Of a stretch of DNA of 64,000 nt, positions 36,401 to 46,107 are shown piece after piece (the stretch's first letter is position 1; the number at the start of each line of letters is the position of its first letter). A model generated the notes under the pieces. That model saw nothing but the letters and a program-made list of their open reading frames with translations, had not been told where the DNA came from and made no database searches. The DNA is from Iphione sp. A-MEVVRFRX5 (Eukaryota). Both the position numbers and the translations under genes were made by a program. Location: positions 113,398,001 to 113,462,000 of the forward strand of contig OZ320313.1 in NCBI GenBank assembly GCA_976226885.1, written 5' to 3'.

Positions 36401-39400
36401 GTACAGTAAGCACCGCATACTAATGCTGATGTGTATTGTCCCTACCCACAGACCCCAGCAGAAGTCGCCTATCCCGCCAGCTGCTGACAGGTTCGAGGAG
36501 GTGGACTCCATGTCGCTGCAGCGCCCCAAGAAGAAGGCCGGGTACACGCCGAAAGGCAAGGCCCAGGCTCTGTACAGCTTCACAGCCCAGAACCCCAAGT
36601 AAGTAGATTGACCGGCGTCAGCCTGACCTGGTCTTACCCAAATAGGCATGTGATAATTCTGCGCATTTATGGGGGCCCATGTATGTACTCCATTTTCATG
36701 ATTGTCCCCGCTGGTGTCAGAGCGAGCCGCAGGTCACAAATGGCTGGTGAGACCGTATTGGAAATAGCAAACCATTCTGCTGTCCCCTTCCTGCTACCAT
36801 TTATGTATGCACTGGCATATCATGCAAAGTATTAAGGAAGCTTGCAGGGAGAGTAGAAAGCCGTAAAGAGTTTTTTCATATTCATTAGATATCGTTTTGT
36901 CGACGGGAGGATCCTATAGAATGGGTGAATTGCCAGCTTGATTCTTGAAATTATTCTTTACATTTCCAATTGTTCCGGTTTCATTGTGATGAATACCAAG
37001 GTGTTGCCCAGTGAGGCTAATGGATCCGCTCTTTCTCATATACCTGTACCTTGTTTTGATAAATGTTTGGGGATACAGAAAAACAAGTCAGTACAGTATA
37101 ACTACCAGCTGTGCTTATTGGGAGATCTTAAGTGATGGTATAAACCTGCCCTAGAAAGGAGTGTAATGAAACGTGAATTGTTACATACGCAGCCAAAAGA
37201 ATATCGATTCAGAAAAGTCCGAATATTCAAATAGTCGTTCGTATCAGCACCTCACCGACTCGAAACTTGTATAAGACGCAGGTAATGAAGAACCATGATT
37301 GAAAAATACACTCGTTAGCATGTATCACTTCGAAATGACTTTACTCTAATAGAACCTTCGCAATTTTTCAGCCACAGTCAGCCCCGCCCAATTGGAACAT
37401 ACTCCCTGGTTATTCATGCATTTTTTCCTGCCACAAATATTGATTTTCCACGTATCTCATGCTTGCTTAACCGAACTCCCCTGTCAACTGGACGATTTTA
37501 GGTGAAATAGAGTATGTCCGCTTAATTGGGGTTGACTGTAGTACATATACGTGGACAGAATTAAATCTTGTTGTGAGTATTACTGTATTCAGAAAGCATA
37601 CTTACTCCAGATAGCAGTCTTTCTCCGCAAGTGATGGTCTTTTAAAGATTACTTTTTTTTGTACAAATTGCTTTCACAGGGAGTTGTCCTTCAAAAAGGG
37701 AGATATCTTGTACTTGCTGAGGAAAATCGACAACAACTGGTACGAAGGTGAACACCACGGGCGGATGGGCATCTTCCCTGCGAATTACATCAAGGTAGGA
37801 CCTAGTGCCAGTTCTAGTGTAGAGCACTTTCCATCTCTAATAGGAAACACGGCAGTGTATTTGCGTAATTACTTCACAGGAGACAGGCGGTAGAGAGTTC
37901 AAGATGATGTTAAGGACACAGTAGTGCGTTTTCGTCACAACTAATATCGGATCAATTTGGAGACTTTCACTTTCAGCTTGCGGAACACGATTTCCTTGAA
38001 ATTATTTTGTTAATCAGGAGGTGCCTGCAAAATCTTTAAATACCATTTTTCTGCAGAAAAGACATTAAACAAGGCCTGTCCCGACATGACTTGTACTGAC
38101 CCATGTACCCAAATGTACATACTAGTCACGTTTTCCTACAGTACATAGCTTGATTCATGAATGTTGTAAGGGATTGGTGTAAAAGATTTGACACCTAAAT
38201 CTCAGATGGTCAGATTGCAGTATAAAATTTATGTGATATAATTAAATTAACCCTTGTGAAAGCAAATGCATGTAGTGTGTAGTTTTCGCTGAGGTGTTTT
38301 TTAATAAGCGTTGTGAACGGTAAATAGTCAGAATGGGTGAGAGCGTGCTTTCCTATGAAACTCCCATTATAAAAGGTTTGTTAACACAAAAATATCCATA
38401 CCTTTTGAAGCAACGGTTCAGTTTGTGTCACTTGAAAAGTAAATTGCGTTTTTGACAGTTACTTTAAGGCACGAACTGATACGGTTCGTATGTGTTATTC
38501 TTAAAGAAAGCGTTTTTAGAGGGCTTTACCCTAGGCACACAGTGTCATGTATGGGATGCTTGTAAATGCAGTGGCCGATGGTCTACCAGCTTTCTTGGGT
38601 GCGTATATGTAGATACATGTATACATGTGCATATGTAAGCATGAAAGAACGTACTGCCTGGTCAGGATATGGTTAGCATTGATTTTCATGTTGACCTTTG
38701 ATCTCTTCCTGTGAAATCATTGTGATTCCAAAGGGAATTTAGCTATATGAGGAGCAGTTCAGGGTAGGCAGTTTAATTGATAAATAATCCTAGGCCCAAT
38801 GCTTATGTTTCTGTATTATATATATGTACATTGATGCATACATCAATTTATCACTCTACGTAGCCAAGGATTAGTAAACTTCTTCCTTATGCAGGCCGAC
38901 CATTTGAAATTGGTTCATGGGTATTAAGTTTTTTTCTCTCAAGAATCTAGGGTAATTTTGCAAGAGTTGACGGTGAGGTATGAAGTTGGAGCTGGTGGGA
39001 AGGTGGACTGGACCAGTCTAGAGAGGGGTGGTTTTCTCTGTTAATAATGACTGAGAGAAGGGGGTTCGGTGCGGACCCCCGCTTGGTCAGGAGGGGGGTG
39101 CATCTTAGAATTCCCAAGTCATGCCAAATTGGCTCATATCATGAAAATGATGAAAAATTAATTCGCATACTCTACCAACCGGATACTGAATATGGGAGGT
39201 CTAGACCCTAGATTGTAGAGAATTTGCGTATATACATGACTTAATAGCCTCCTGGGATGGGTCTTTCAGTGCAGGTGGCGTTATCATGTCTGGTAAGGAA
39301 ATTGGGGGGGGGGACGTGTAAATTTGTGTAAACATGTGTACAGGTGTATGGCAGTGCACATATAAGCAGACAGGTATACATTCACCATCTGCTATATTTT

Positions 39401-39757
39401 TGCACTGCACATAATATAAGCACATATAGATAATGATAATATAGATACTGTACAGCATCCCGAGAAGTGAGGGCAATTGAACCCAACCAGATGTTACCAT
39501 GAGGAAGTCATGAAGGACATACCGGCACATGCTAACATGTGCATACTCATCCAGTTGTAGCAATAGCAGAGTATGGCGCACAGACAGAGACAGGCCGACA
39601 GGGAAATATATATCCTGGCAAATGCAGCCAGGTTAAATAAACTCTTCCAAAAAAAGTCCCCTGTACATGTTCTTAGCGTTCATAAGTTATGCTATGTATA
39701 CTTTTTATGAATTGTGTTGTGCGAAACACTGAATATTAATTCTTTCATTTATGCACC

Positions 39758-39822
<65 letters not shown>

Positions 39823-42800
39823 TCGCGCGCACGGTGCACGGATTAGTGGATATACCCACAAATTCAGTGTCTGTTTTTCCACGGAAATACATGCACATTC
39901 AGATATGTCTACGCTCCAATTAACGTTAGCCGCAAATATGACCTGTCATTAAACATTTTTTGCGACGCGCAGAATCAGGATGAGGAGAGCACCATTTCTC
40001 ATACCTACAATATGCACAAATACATTTTTAAACCCTTCGCTGAGACGATCCCTACGAACGCATCTCCTTTGCTTGAGTGAATATATTGTTTTGTGAGGCG
40101 CGTCCTGTAAAGCGGCTGACCACTTGTGTAACATCTGCCCTTCTACAGGTGACCACCACTTTGGAGACGGCTCATGCGGCCGCCTTCAGTCGGGAAGGGA
40201 CGGCCACGGCCAAGTACAACTTCACCGCCCAGACCACGGTAGAATTACCGCTCCGCAAGGTGAGAATCGCCTTTCTGATCAGCTCTTCTTCAGGGGTTCT
40301 CAACCCTTCGGTTGCTACCTAAGCTTCGGTCACCGTGCCATTTTGAGTTGGTCCCCATAGGCTCTGTGGGTGACTTTTTAGATTTTGTTTTATATGCTAA
40401 ATGTACAACATTTTACAAAAATTCACAACTGTACTTCAGTCAGCAAGTCATCGTTTTTACGAAAATTGTCTTCAGTGGCTGATACTGTTGTATGGAGGCA
40501 AAAGTTTGGATCGCTAACAAAAAGGTTAGGAACCCCTGCTCTGGTTAGACTTAAGAGCTGCAAGTGTCCGAAAGAATCCATATTTACACATTCATGTGTA
40601 TTTAGTAGAAACCTGCAGAGGTAAATTAGCTAGAGACCGGCCAATTGTGGTCTTCAAAGGAGTTACCTACATGTATTTATTCCTCGCTTCTGAGGTACAC
40701 CTGCAACTGTATCATTCCCAAACCAGGGCGAATTTCCAAATGTACACTGCATGATCATGTGATGCAGGGTACAAGCTCATTTGATAATCGAGAAGTCACA
40801 TGACTTTCATTTTTTTTAGGAAAAGGGGCATATAAGTCGATTTGATTTTTCTTTTTACAGAGAAATTTAATAATTTACGATTAAACTAGTAACAGGATAG
40901 AATCAATTAGGCATTTAATCATTTCAAGCACATAGTGGAGTCATATTAATTCATACTTACCTTTGAACAAAAGTGTCTTTTTGAAAAAGGTTAAACACTC
41001 AGAAATCAGAAGTAAACAACATCTGTCTACTTCATGCCCGTGCAAATTTCGAGTTTCATATGTACTCTTTGATGAAGTTAAAAACAGGTTGCCAGGAAAC
41101 CAGAAGTTGTGAAGCATAATGGCAGATGGCATGTTTACAAAATTCATCAGTACGAAACCATCAAAAAGGTATTATTAAATAAAACTGTTAACAAATATGT
41201 AGGGAATGAATACTCAACTGTTAGAGTATTTGGGACCTGGGACTTTTGGTCTCTTTTCAAGATTGGTTTCCCCTGTGATGTGAAGAAATCTGAAGAAAAC
41301 ACACGCTACAGTCAAGACTCGATATCCAAATGCTCTCTTTCACATAATTTTGTGTGGATACTGAATGATTTCGGATATCGAATACAGATCTTATAGTAAA
41401 AAGGCTTTTGTTTCACAGTAATTTCGTACCTAGATTGAAGAGGGACGTTTTATTGAATGAGTCAGAACGTTCCTCTCATTTTATACATGTGAGTAATGTA
41501 GTTCCGTTAGAAGTGGTCATCTCCATATGAGTGCTTACCTGCGGCTGCCACACCATTTTGCACACTTGCCAAGAGAATAAAATATCGGTCAACTTTGAAT
41601 TACGCATCGTGTTGCCTTTGTCCGTAGGGCGAGCTCGTGCACCTGATTAGACGGGTCGACGACAACTGGTTCGAGGGCAGAGCGGGCGGCCGACAGGGCA
41701 TCTTCCCAGTCGCCTATGTCGATTTGATCAAGGAGCCCGACACGCCGTTCGGCACGCCCATGTCGTCCGTGGCGCACACCCCAATGACGGGTAGGTGGCT
41801 CCGCCTAGCGGATACTGTTTGAACTAAACTACGCTCCCGCCGTCTAAAAAGCCGTGTATTCAAGAGTGTTCTCCGCCGCCTCCCCGCCTTACTTTATATA
41901 CGACAGTGGGTCGTCGTCTTATGTTTATCCAGAAAGAAAGTCTCTCTTGAAATTCAACTTTGTCTTGTATTTGGCCATCTGTTATTATTAGGTGCGAGAA
42001 AATACTGGTAGTCGAGACTCATGCTATCATTTTAGGGTTCAGCAATTTATACACCAAACACACCAGTTAAAGATAAACATTAAGATGAATGGCCCACTGA
42101 TACATGTATATTAAGTAGGTGTTTTTCTTAACATGTGCAAATTATTTTCACTTATTCAGATATCCGCCAATGGAATTTGCAGTTATTTTTCCTGCACAAA
42201 CACAATAGGAAGTACATGTATCCTGTTGTGTATCTGGGTCCATTGGTGTTCTTCTGATAGAATTAATATCAATTTGTACTTAAGTTAACCTCATTTTACC
42301 TACAGAACGACCCCTGGAACCTGCCTCCTTTTGGAGCTTCCACAATGAGAGTTCTTGCATGCACATTATACAGTCTTTTGCACCATTTTATATACATATG
42401 TGTACATGTAACTGACGGGGACCAAAATCCACTTCTCCTGTTGCCCACCCATGTTGGTATTTGGTGATCATGCGAGGAGCCGTACTGTTTTGATATTGCG
42501 TATGTAAGCATTTTAAGAGATATCTCACGTCAGTTGATGCGCAAGAAATAAGGCTTATTTTTCGTCCAAGTAAAATGATGACATAGGCCTTTTTTGCGAA
42601 GGTAGTGAAAACCGCTCCTTCAGGCTGCAATCTTCCTGTTTACTTCAGTGTGGTGAGTTTTATTTTTTTGCACTCGGAGCGGTCAGAGGCCATTTGGACA
42701 GGATGTTACCAGGCCTTCGGTCCCTGTTTCTAATTCGCGCAAGCCAGATTATCCATCATTGCTTGCATGGCCCTCGTTACAGCTGCTACTCTGCCCTCCT

Positions 42801-45800
42801 TCATCCTGCTGGCTAATAAAACAGAGGGCATCCCCGGTCTTATAGAAAGGCATCGGAGATTTTTTTCTCTCACCAAAGAGCACAAAACATCAGTTCCGAC
42901 GGTTATTAATTGTTTCTCCGTTTGGTGTGTGCGCTCTGTCGAAAGGTATATTAGGATTATGATATGGGTCCTTGTTGTCAGTGGGGATGGGTTAGTGCAT
43001 TCAGTTTCTTTCTTCATGGTTTCATGTGACCTCTCGTGCTAGTCGTCCGAAAGCCAGTTTAAAGCATTTAAAAACTCATGTAATGTTGAAAAGTCTTGTG
43101 ACGTAGTAAAATGACAGACAGAGAGCGCCCTCTTCGTAACAGGAGCCACTCGACTCATTGACAAGCCTAAATCACTAGAAGTAACGCCAGTGAACCCGCA
43201 GTAAGGCGTTACGATAGGCTGCTGTGGGATCGCAGCGGTTCTCGATTGAATCCCAAGAATAGTCAAAGCCCCATCTCCATCCTGAGATGTTTACCCTTCG
43301 GCCCGGAAGTGCCTGGAAACTATCCGGCGTGGTAGGCGGCGTGCGGCGCCCGGTTATTGGTGTAGGCCTGGCTAGGATGCTACGAAAACAAGCCAGTGGT
43401 TATCACCAGTGCATGGCTCGGCCCAGCCAACTCACTGGAGGGAGGCCACGCAAACCCTTCCGCGGGTTCAGCAGCATTTGGGGGCACGGCTGAGCTTCCT
43501 CCTGACGCATCTCCTCGAAGTTCCTAGAAGTTAGACGCCGCCGTGGCAGCGGCCAAGCCCTCTACGTGATCTAAAGACTGAACCACGCGTACACCCCTTG
43601 AAAACAGATAATGGACTCGTCCGTAGTTGAACTTTTTTCATCCCCGCAACGCCGAGTCGCTCAGTCCTAAGTTCAACCTGCTCAGCATGGGCCACTTGGA
43701 GCTTTGCGTTATAACACGAGCAGGGTCGATGCATTAGTTGGCAGACGTCTTTGACATGTTTCCCGCGCTCGTTCCACAGGCAGTGATTAGTAGTAAAAAG
43801 AACACCATACATACGAACTTCTGAAAGTCTCTATGTATACTTCATACTATATTTAACACAGCAAAACTAACGTGTAGTCAATGCAGAACTGTACCAAATG
43901 TCAGTCTTGTAGCGCCCTACAAACTTGGGCTAAAGAGTACCCAGGATGAAACAAAAAAGACTGGTATCTGCGTCTATCGAGGCACCGCTCGGTGCTTCTA
44001 GGTCACACTGTTACGCCCCAAATTCCTTTTGTCGTTACGTCATGTTCAAATGCTTGCTGAACTGTCATAGGGGCTTCAACTGAGCTACAGCTGTCTCGTC
44101 GTGACACTGAAGGAAAGATTACCAAAAAATTTACCCGGTCGGGTAAATTTCGGTATAGAACGCCTGCAGAAGTCAGTATTGTAAATGACGTATGAGAGGC
44201 AGATACCATCATGACAGATTTCCCCATGAACAGAGCGCTGCAATGTTCGCCCTAAAAGCGACCGTAACAGATAACAGTTAATGAAGAACACGCACCCCCA
44301 GACCCACTACATACCACATATATGACACTACTGTGTGGTCATGGAATGCTTTGGTTTGTTTTATAAAGCATGTGTTCGACAGTTTGTCTCAGCGTTTTAA
44401 TATTTTTTTCCATACAGACAGCTTGGAATCAAAATAAACTATTCAACTTCGTTGATCCAAGACGTAAAATTTATAATCAGTAAGCAGGTAGATCTGAAAA
44501 CCTGTAACATAGTTTTGGTTCTATTTTAAACAACTAAACCTACTAAAACACACCTCGTTATTGAGTTCTGTCATATCTGTATGGAGTAAGAAGCCTATAT
44601 GTCAGATATATAAATAATTATTGGATGTTCTTTTCCTTCCAGTGTCCTAGTGCTGGCAGATGGCAGTCAGGAGTGAACGTCACCATTCTACATTCTAATC
44701 CACCCCTTTAAGGCAGCATGGATGGCAGAAATATACTGATCATGTAATTCATAGGCTAAGCAGACTAGGAGAAGTCAATTGCAAAAGTTAAGCATGCCAT
44801 GGTACCCATGATTACACACTGTATACCCCGCCTCTTCATTAACGCTCAAAACAAAAAGCATGGACCAAGTTTGGTTGGTTTTCATTTGTTTAGCATTGTC
44901 GCTGTTGAATAAGCCATGAATTACATGATCGGTTTCATATTTCGTATTGCCTTCCAAAACCCAGTTGCTCATATGCCCCCCACTCACTGACATACTGACC
45001 AGTCGGCCCCCTCCTCTCCTTCCTTCGCGTTACTTGTTTCGCCTGTTTCGATGTGTATGCCGCTGTTGTCGTCGTCCTATGGCGTGAACTACATGCAGTC
45101 TGCCTGTCTCGTTTCTCCCGCCCTTGTGCCTGCAGGCTCGCCTGGTCCCCTTTCCCCAGTCAGTACCGTCTCGAACGGTCCGGCTCCAACCATCCCGGAC
45201 GCGCCGGACTCTCCGCGCGGCTTCGACCAGTATGACCCGTCCGGCGGCTATGGCTACTTGTCGTCGTCGGCGGCGGCGGGCGCTGCGCGGTCGGGCTCTC
45301 CGGGATCTCAACATAGCTACCGCTCATCCAGTCAGGAATACCACGCGCCACGTTCAGCTGGACTTGTTGCCAAGGCACCCGCTTCGTACGGTACTTACAA
45401 CGGCAGCTCGGGAGGTACCCCCGGCAGCAGCGGCGGCGGCGCCACCCTCCCGCGCACGCAGGACGCGTACGGAGCGTCATCCTACGGCAAGGCGGCGCAT
45501 GACGCGTCGGGCTACGGCTATCGCGACGACCCGACGGCCCGCGCACACTACGGCATGCCTAATGGCGGCAGCGGTGGCAGCGTCGGCGCCGGCGACGGGA
45601 CGTACGCGACCGTTGGCTCCCGAGACAGTTACTCCTCTTCCTCTAGGGGTTACCGGGAGGAAGAGCCCAGATACCCAAAGTAGGTCCGATTTGAACTTAG
45701 GAAGAATGTAGTAACAGGGTAAGAAGCCTACACCCTACAAAGAAATATATCAGTTGTACAAAATGAAGCGTGTACATCATCACGCCAACTTGTAGTTGAG

Positions 45801-46107
45801 ATATTACTCGTGTTAGTACAAACGATACGAAAAGAAATGCTAATTTAAGCTAGTTTTCACCACCGCCCCTCCCTCGCAGTCCTGGGAGATAGCTGTTGTT
45901 TCCACAGGCCACTAACTCAGTGTTTGTTCCGCCTGCAGGTACCGTGCCATATACCGCTACTTGCCGCAGAACGAGGACGAGCTGGAGCTGAACGAGGGCG
46001 ACACCATTTACGTCATGGAGAAGTGTGATGACGGCTGGTACGTGGGCCTCTCGGCCCGTACCAAGGAGTTTGGCACCTTCCCGGGCAACTATGTGCAGCC
46101 TATCTAG
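420..46107 (+). CDS. SORBS: Multi-exon SORBS-family adaptor gene (CAP/ponsin, ArgBP2, vinexin homolog); 5' end probably outside the window
   Basis: Exons join in consistent phases with GT-AG boundaries. Three C-terminal SH3 domains; the third ([36 protein letters not shown]...FGTFPGNYV) is typical of [23 protein letters not shown] resembles the post-SoHo SORBS motif (RSIFEYEPGKSSI). Confidence 0.95.
547..564 (+). CDS. SORBS: SORBS candidate 18-nt microexon (Q-SRPRQ-R)
   Basis: ttgctttttag|GAGTCGGCCGCGACAAAG|gtatgc; phase 2-2, no stop. Confidence 0.55.
955..1059 (+). CDS. SORBS: SORBS candidate cassette or alternative first exon (..[30 protein letters not shown]; ATG at 971)
   Basis: Open frame ending CG|gtatgt in phase 2, compatible with 4116. 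The ccccag acceptor at 953-954 gives a 105-nt symmetric exon but has a weak pyrimidine tract. Confidence 0.5.
1583..1672. repeat. Compound (GT)n / poly-G tract, G-quadruplex capable
   Basis: gtgtgt... runs with a G16 stretch and further GGG runs. Confidence 0.85.
4116..4230 (+). CDS. SORBS: SORBS exon with conserved [18 protein letters not shown] motif
   Basis: Strong pyrimidine tract with tttag acceptor; GTG|gtaggt donor; family motif. Confidence 0.9.
4660..4703. repeat. 22-bp tandem duplication
   Basis: aacaactatagcttattcagat / aacaactatagcatattcagat. Confidence 0.9.
5639..5719 (+). CDS. SORBS: SORBS exon [27 protein letters not shown]
   Basis: cccccag acceptor and AGT|gtaagc donor; 81 nt, phase 0-0; repeated TPKSPR proline-directed kinase sites. 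Confidence 0.7.
7441..7458 (+). CDS. SORBS: SORBS candidate 18-nt microexon (DESYIE)
   Basis: caccacag|GACGAGTCGTACATAGAG|gtatgc; phase 0-0 between exons 5639-5719 and 11669-11721. Confidence 0.55.
7763..8171. mobile_element. MITE-like non-autonomous DNA element
   Basis: 13-bp perfect terminal inverted repeats tgggctgtgtttc / gaaacacagccca; internal ~31-bp tandem units (aaatggtgaa.ttcaggcaaaatc.gtgg); no ORF; no clear target-site duplication. Confidence 0.6.
8556..9510 (+). promoter_or_regulatory. Candidate internal promoter / alternative first exon of SORBS
   Basis: GC-rich island with GA and GCT/GCG repeats, short Ala- and Cys-rich ORFs, and a cluster of 5' splice-site-like sequences at 9338-9505. 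Confidence 0.35.
11129..11142. promoter_or_regulatory. RFX X-box-like motif GTTGCTATGGAAAC
   Basis: Close match to the X-box consensus GTTGCCATGGCAAC inside a GC-rich intronic patch. Confidence 0.45.
11669..11721 (+). CDS. SORBS: SORBS exon [17 protein letters not shown]
   Basis: tttgcag acceptor and CA|gtgagt donor; phase 0 to 2, bridging its neighbours. Confidence 0.8.
12482..12639 (+). CDS. SORBS: SORBS exon with [21 protein letters not shown] motif
   Basis: aatag acceptor and G|gtaagg donor; phase 2 to 1. The motif resembles a block I recall from invertebrate CAP proteins. Confidence 0.88.
13126..13134 (+). CDS. SORBS: SORBS candidate 9-nt microexon (V-R-H)
   Basis: Long U/C tract, then ttattag|TTCGTCATG|gtaatt; phase 1-1. 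Confidence 0.4.
14129..20059 (+). CDS. SORBS: SORBS giant exon (5931 nt, 1977 codons), mostly low-complexity / disordered
   Basis: tttgttgcag acceptor at 14127-14128 lies in the frame of the 1954-aa ORF. CAG|gtgcct donor at 20060 is phase 1. Without that donor the ORF stops at TAG 20071-20073. Confidence 0.8.
20601..20636 (+). CDS. SORBS: SORBS candidate 36-nt mini-exon ([12 protein letters not shown])
   Basis: tttgctttcttcttacag acceptor and GGG|gtatgt donor; phase 1-1, no stop. Confidence 0.45.
21367..21558 (+). CDS. SORBS: SORBS exon [20 protein letters not shown]...RTASIK
   Basis: Pyrimidine tract with ccccag acceptor; AAAG|gtagtc donor; 192 nt, phase 1-1. Confidence 0.8.
23127..23293 (+). 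CDS. SORBS: SORBS exon [11 protein letters not shown]...[14 protein letters not shown]
   Basis: cacacag acceptor and ATG|gtgagt donor; phase 1 to 0. Confidence 0.85.
26915..26989. repeat. Compound (GT)/(GCGT)/(GCTT) microsatellite
   Basis: Direct reading. Confidence 0.85.
27372..27457 (+). CDS. SORBS: SORBS exon [28 protein letters not shown] (coiled-coil-like)
   Basis: Strong tract with cctacag acceptor; CT|gtaagt donor; phase 0 to 2. Confidence 0.9.
29006..29143. other. Assembly gap (138 N)
   Basis: Run of N flanked by TC-rich sequence, likely a collapsed microsatellite. Confidence 0.95.
30423..30605. other. Assembly gap (183 N)
   Basis: Run of N preceded by GA-rich sequence. Confidence 0.95.
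30780..31630. promoter_or_regulatory. CpG/GC-rich intronic island (candidate internal promoter or enhancer)
   Basis: High CpG density, (GCC)n and (CG)n runs in otherwise AT-rich intron; no convincing ORF. Confidence 0.4.
34482..34601 (+). CDS. SORBS: SORBS symmetric cassette exon [39 protein letters not shown]
   Basis: gtccgcag acceptor; weak CAG|gtcaac donor; 120 nt, phase 2-2, protein-like. Confidence 0.7.
36452..36598 (+). CDS. SORBS: SORBS exon: QKSPIPP motif and start of SH3-1 ([14 protein letters not shown])
   Basis: cccacag acceptor and AA|gtaagt donor; phase 2-2. Confidence 0.93.
37680..37794 (+). CDS. SORBS: SORBS exon: remainder of SH3-1 (ELSFKKGD...NWYEG...GIFPANYIK)
   Basis: Canonical SH3 motifs; tttcacag acceptor and AAG|gtagga donor. 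Confidence 0.96.
38934..39222. mobile_element. Small MITE-like element with imperfect inverted ends
   Basis: ttctctcaagaatctagggt versus accctagattgtagagaa (reverse complement ttctctacaatctagggt). Confidence 0.35.
39761..39820. repeat. (AC)30 microsatellite
   Basis: Perfect dinucleotide run. Confidence 0.97.
40149..40259 (+). CDS. SORBS: SORBS exon: start of SH3-2 ([19 protein letters not shown])
   Basis: ttctacag acceptor and AAG|gtgaga donor; phase 0-0. Confidence 0.94.
41628..41790 (+). CDS. SORBS: SORBS exon: remainder of SH3-2 ([17 protein letters not shown]...GIFPVAYV)
   Basis: SH3 motifs; tccgtag acceptor and G|gtaggt donor; phase 0 to 1. Confidence 0.95.
43997..44285. repeat. Decayed fold-back element centred on a perfect hairpin at 44127-44150
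   Basis: aaatttacccg-gt-cgggtaaattt has 11-bp arms; residual symmetric words (ctgttacg, ctgtcat) lie further out. Confidence 0.35.
45136..45679 (+). CDS. SORBS: SORBS exon: Gly/Ser/Tyr-rich linker between SH3-2 and SH3-3
   Basis: cctgcag acceptor and AA|gtaggt donor; phase 1 to 2. Confidence 0.9.
45939..46107 (+). CDS. SORBS: SORBS last coding exon: SH3-3 and stop
   Basis: gcctgcag acceptor; [10 protein letters not shown]...[15 protein letters not shown]. Confidence 0.97.
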
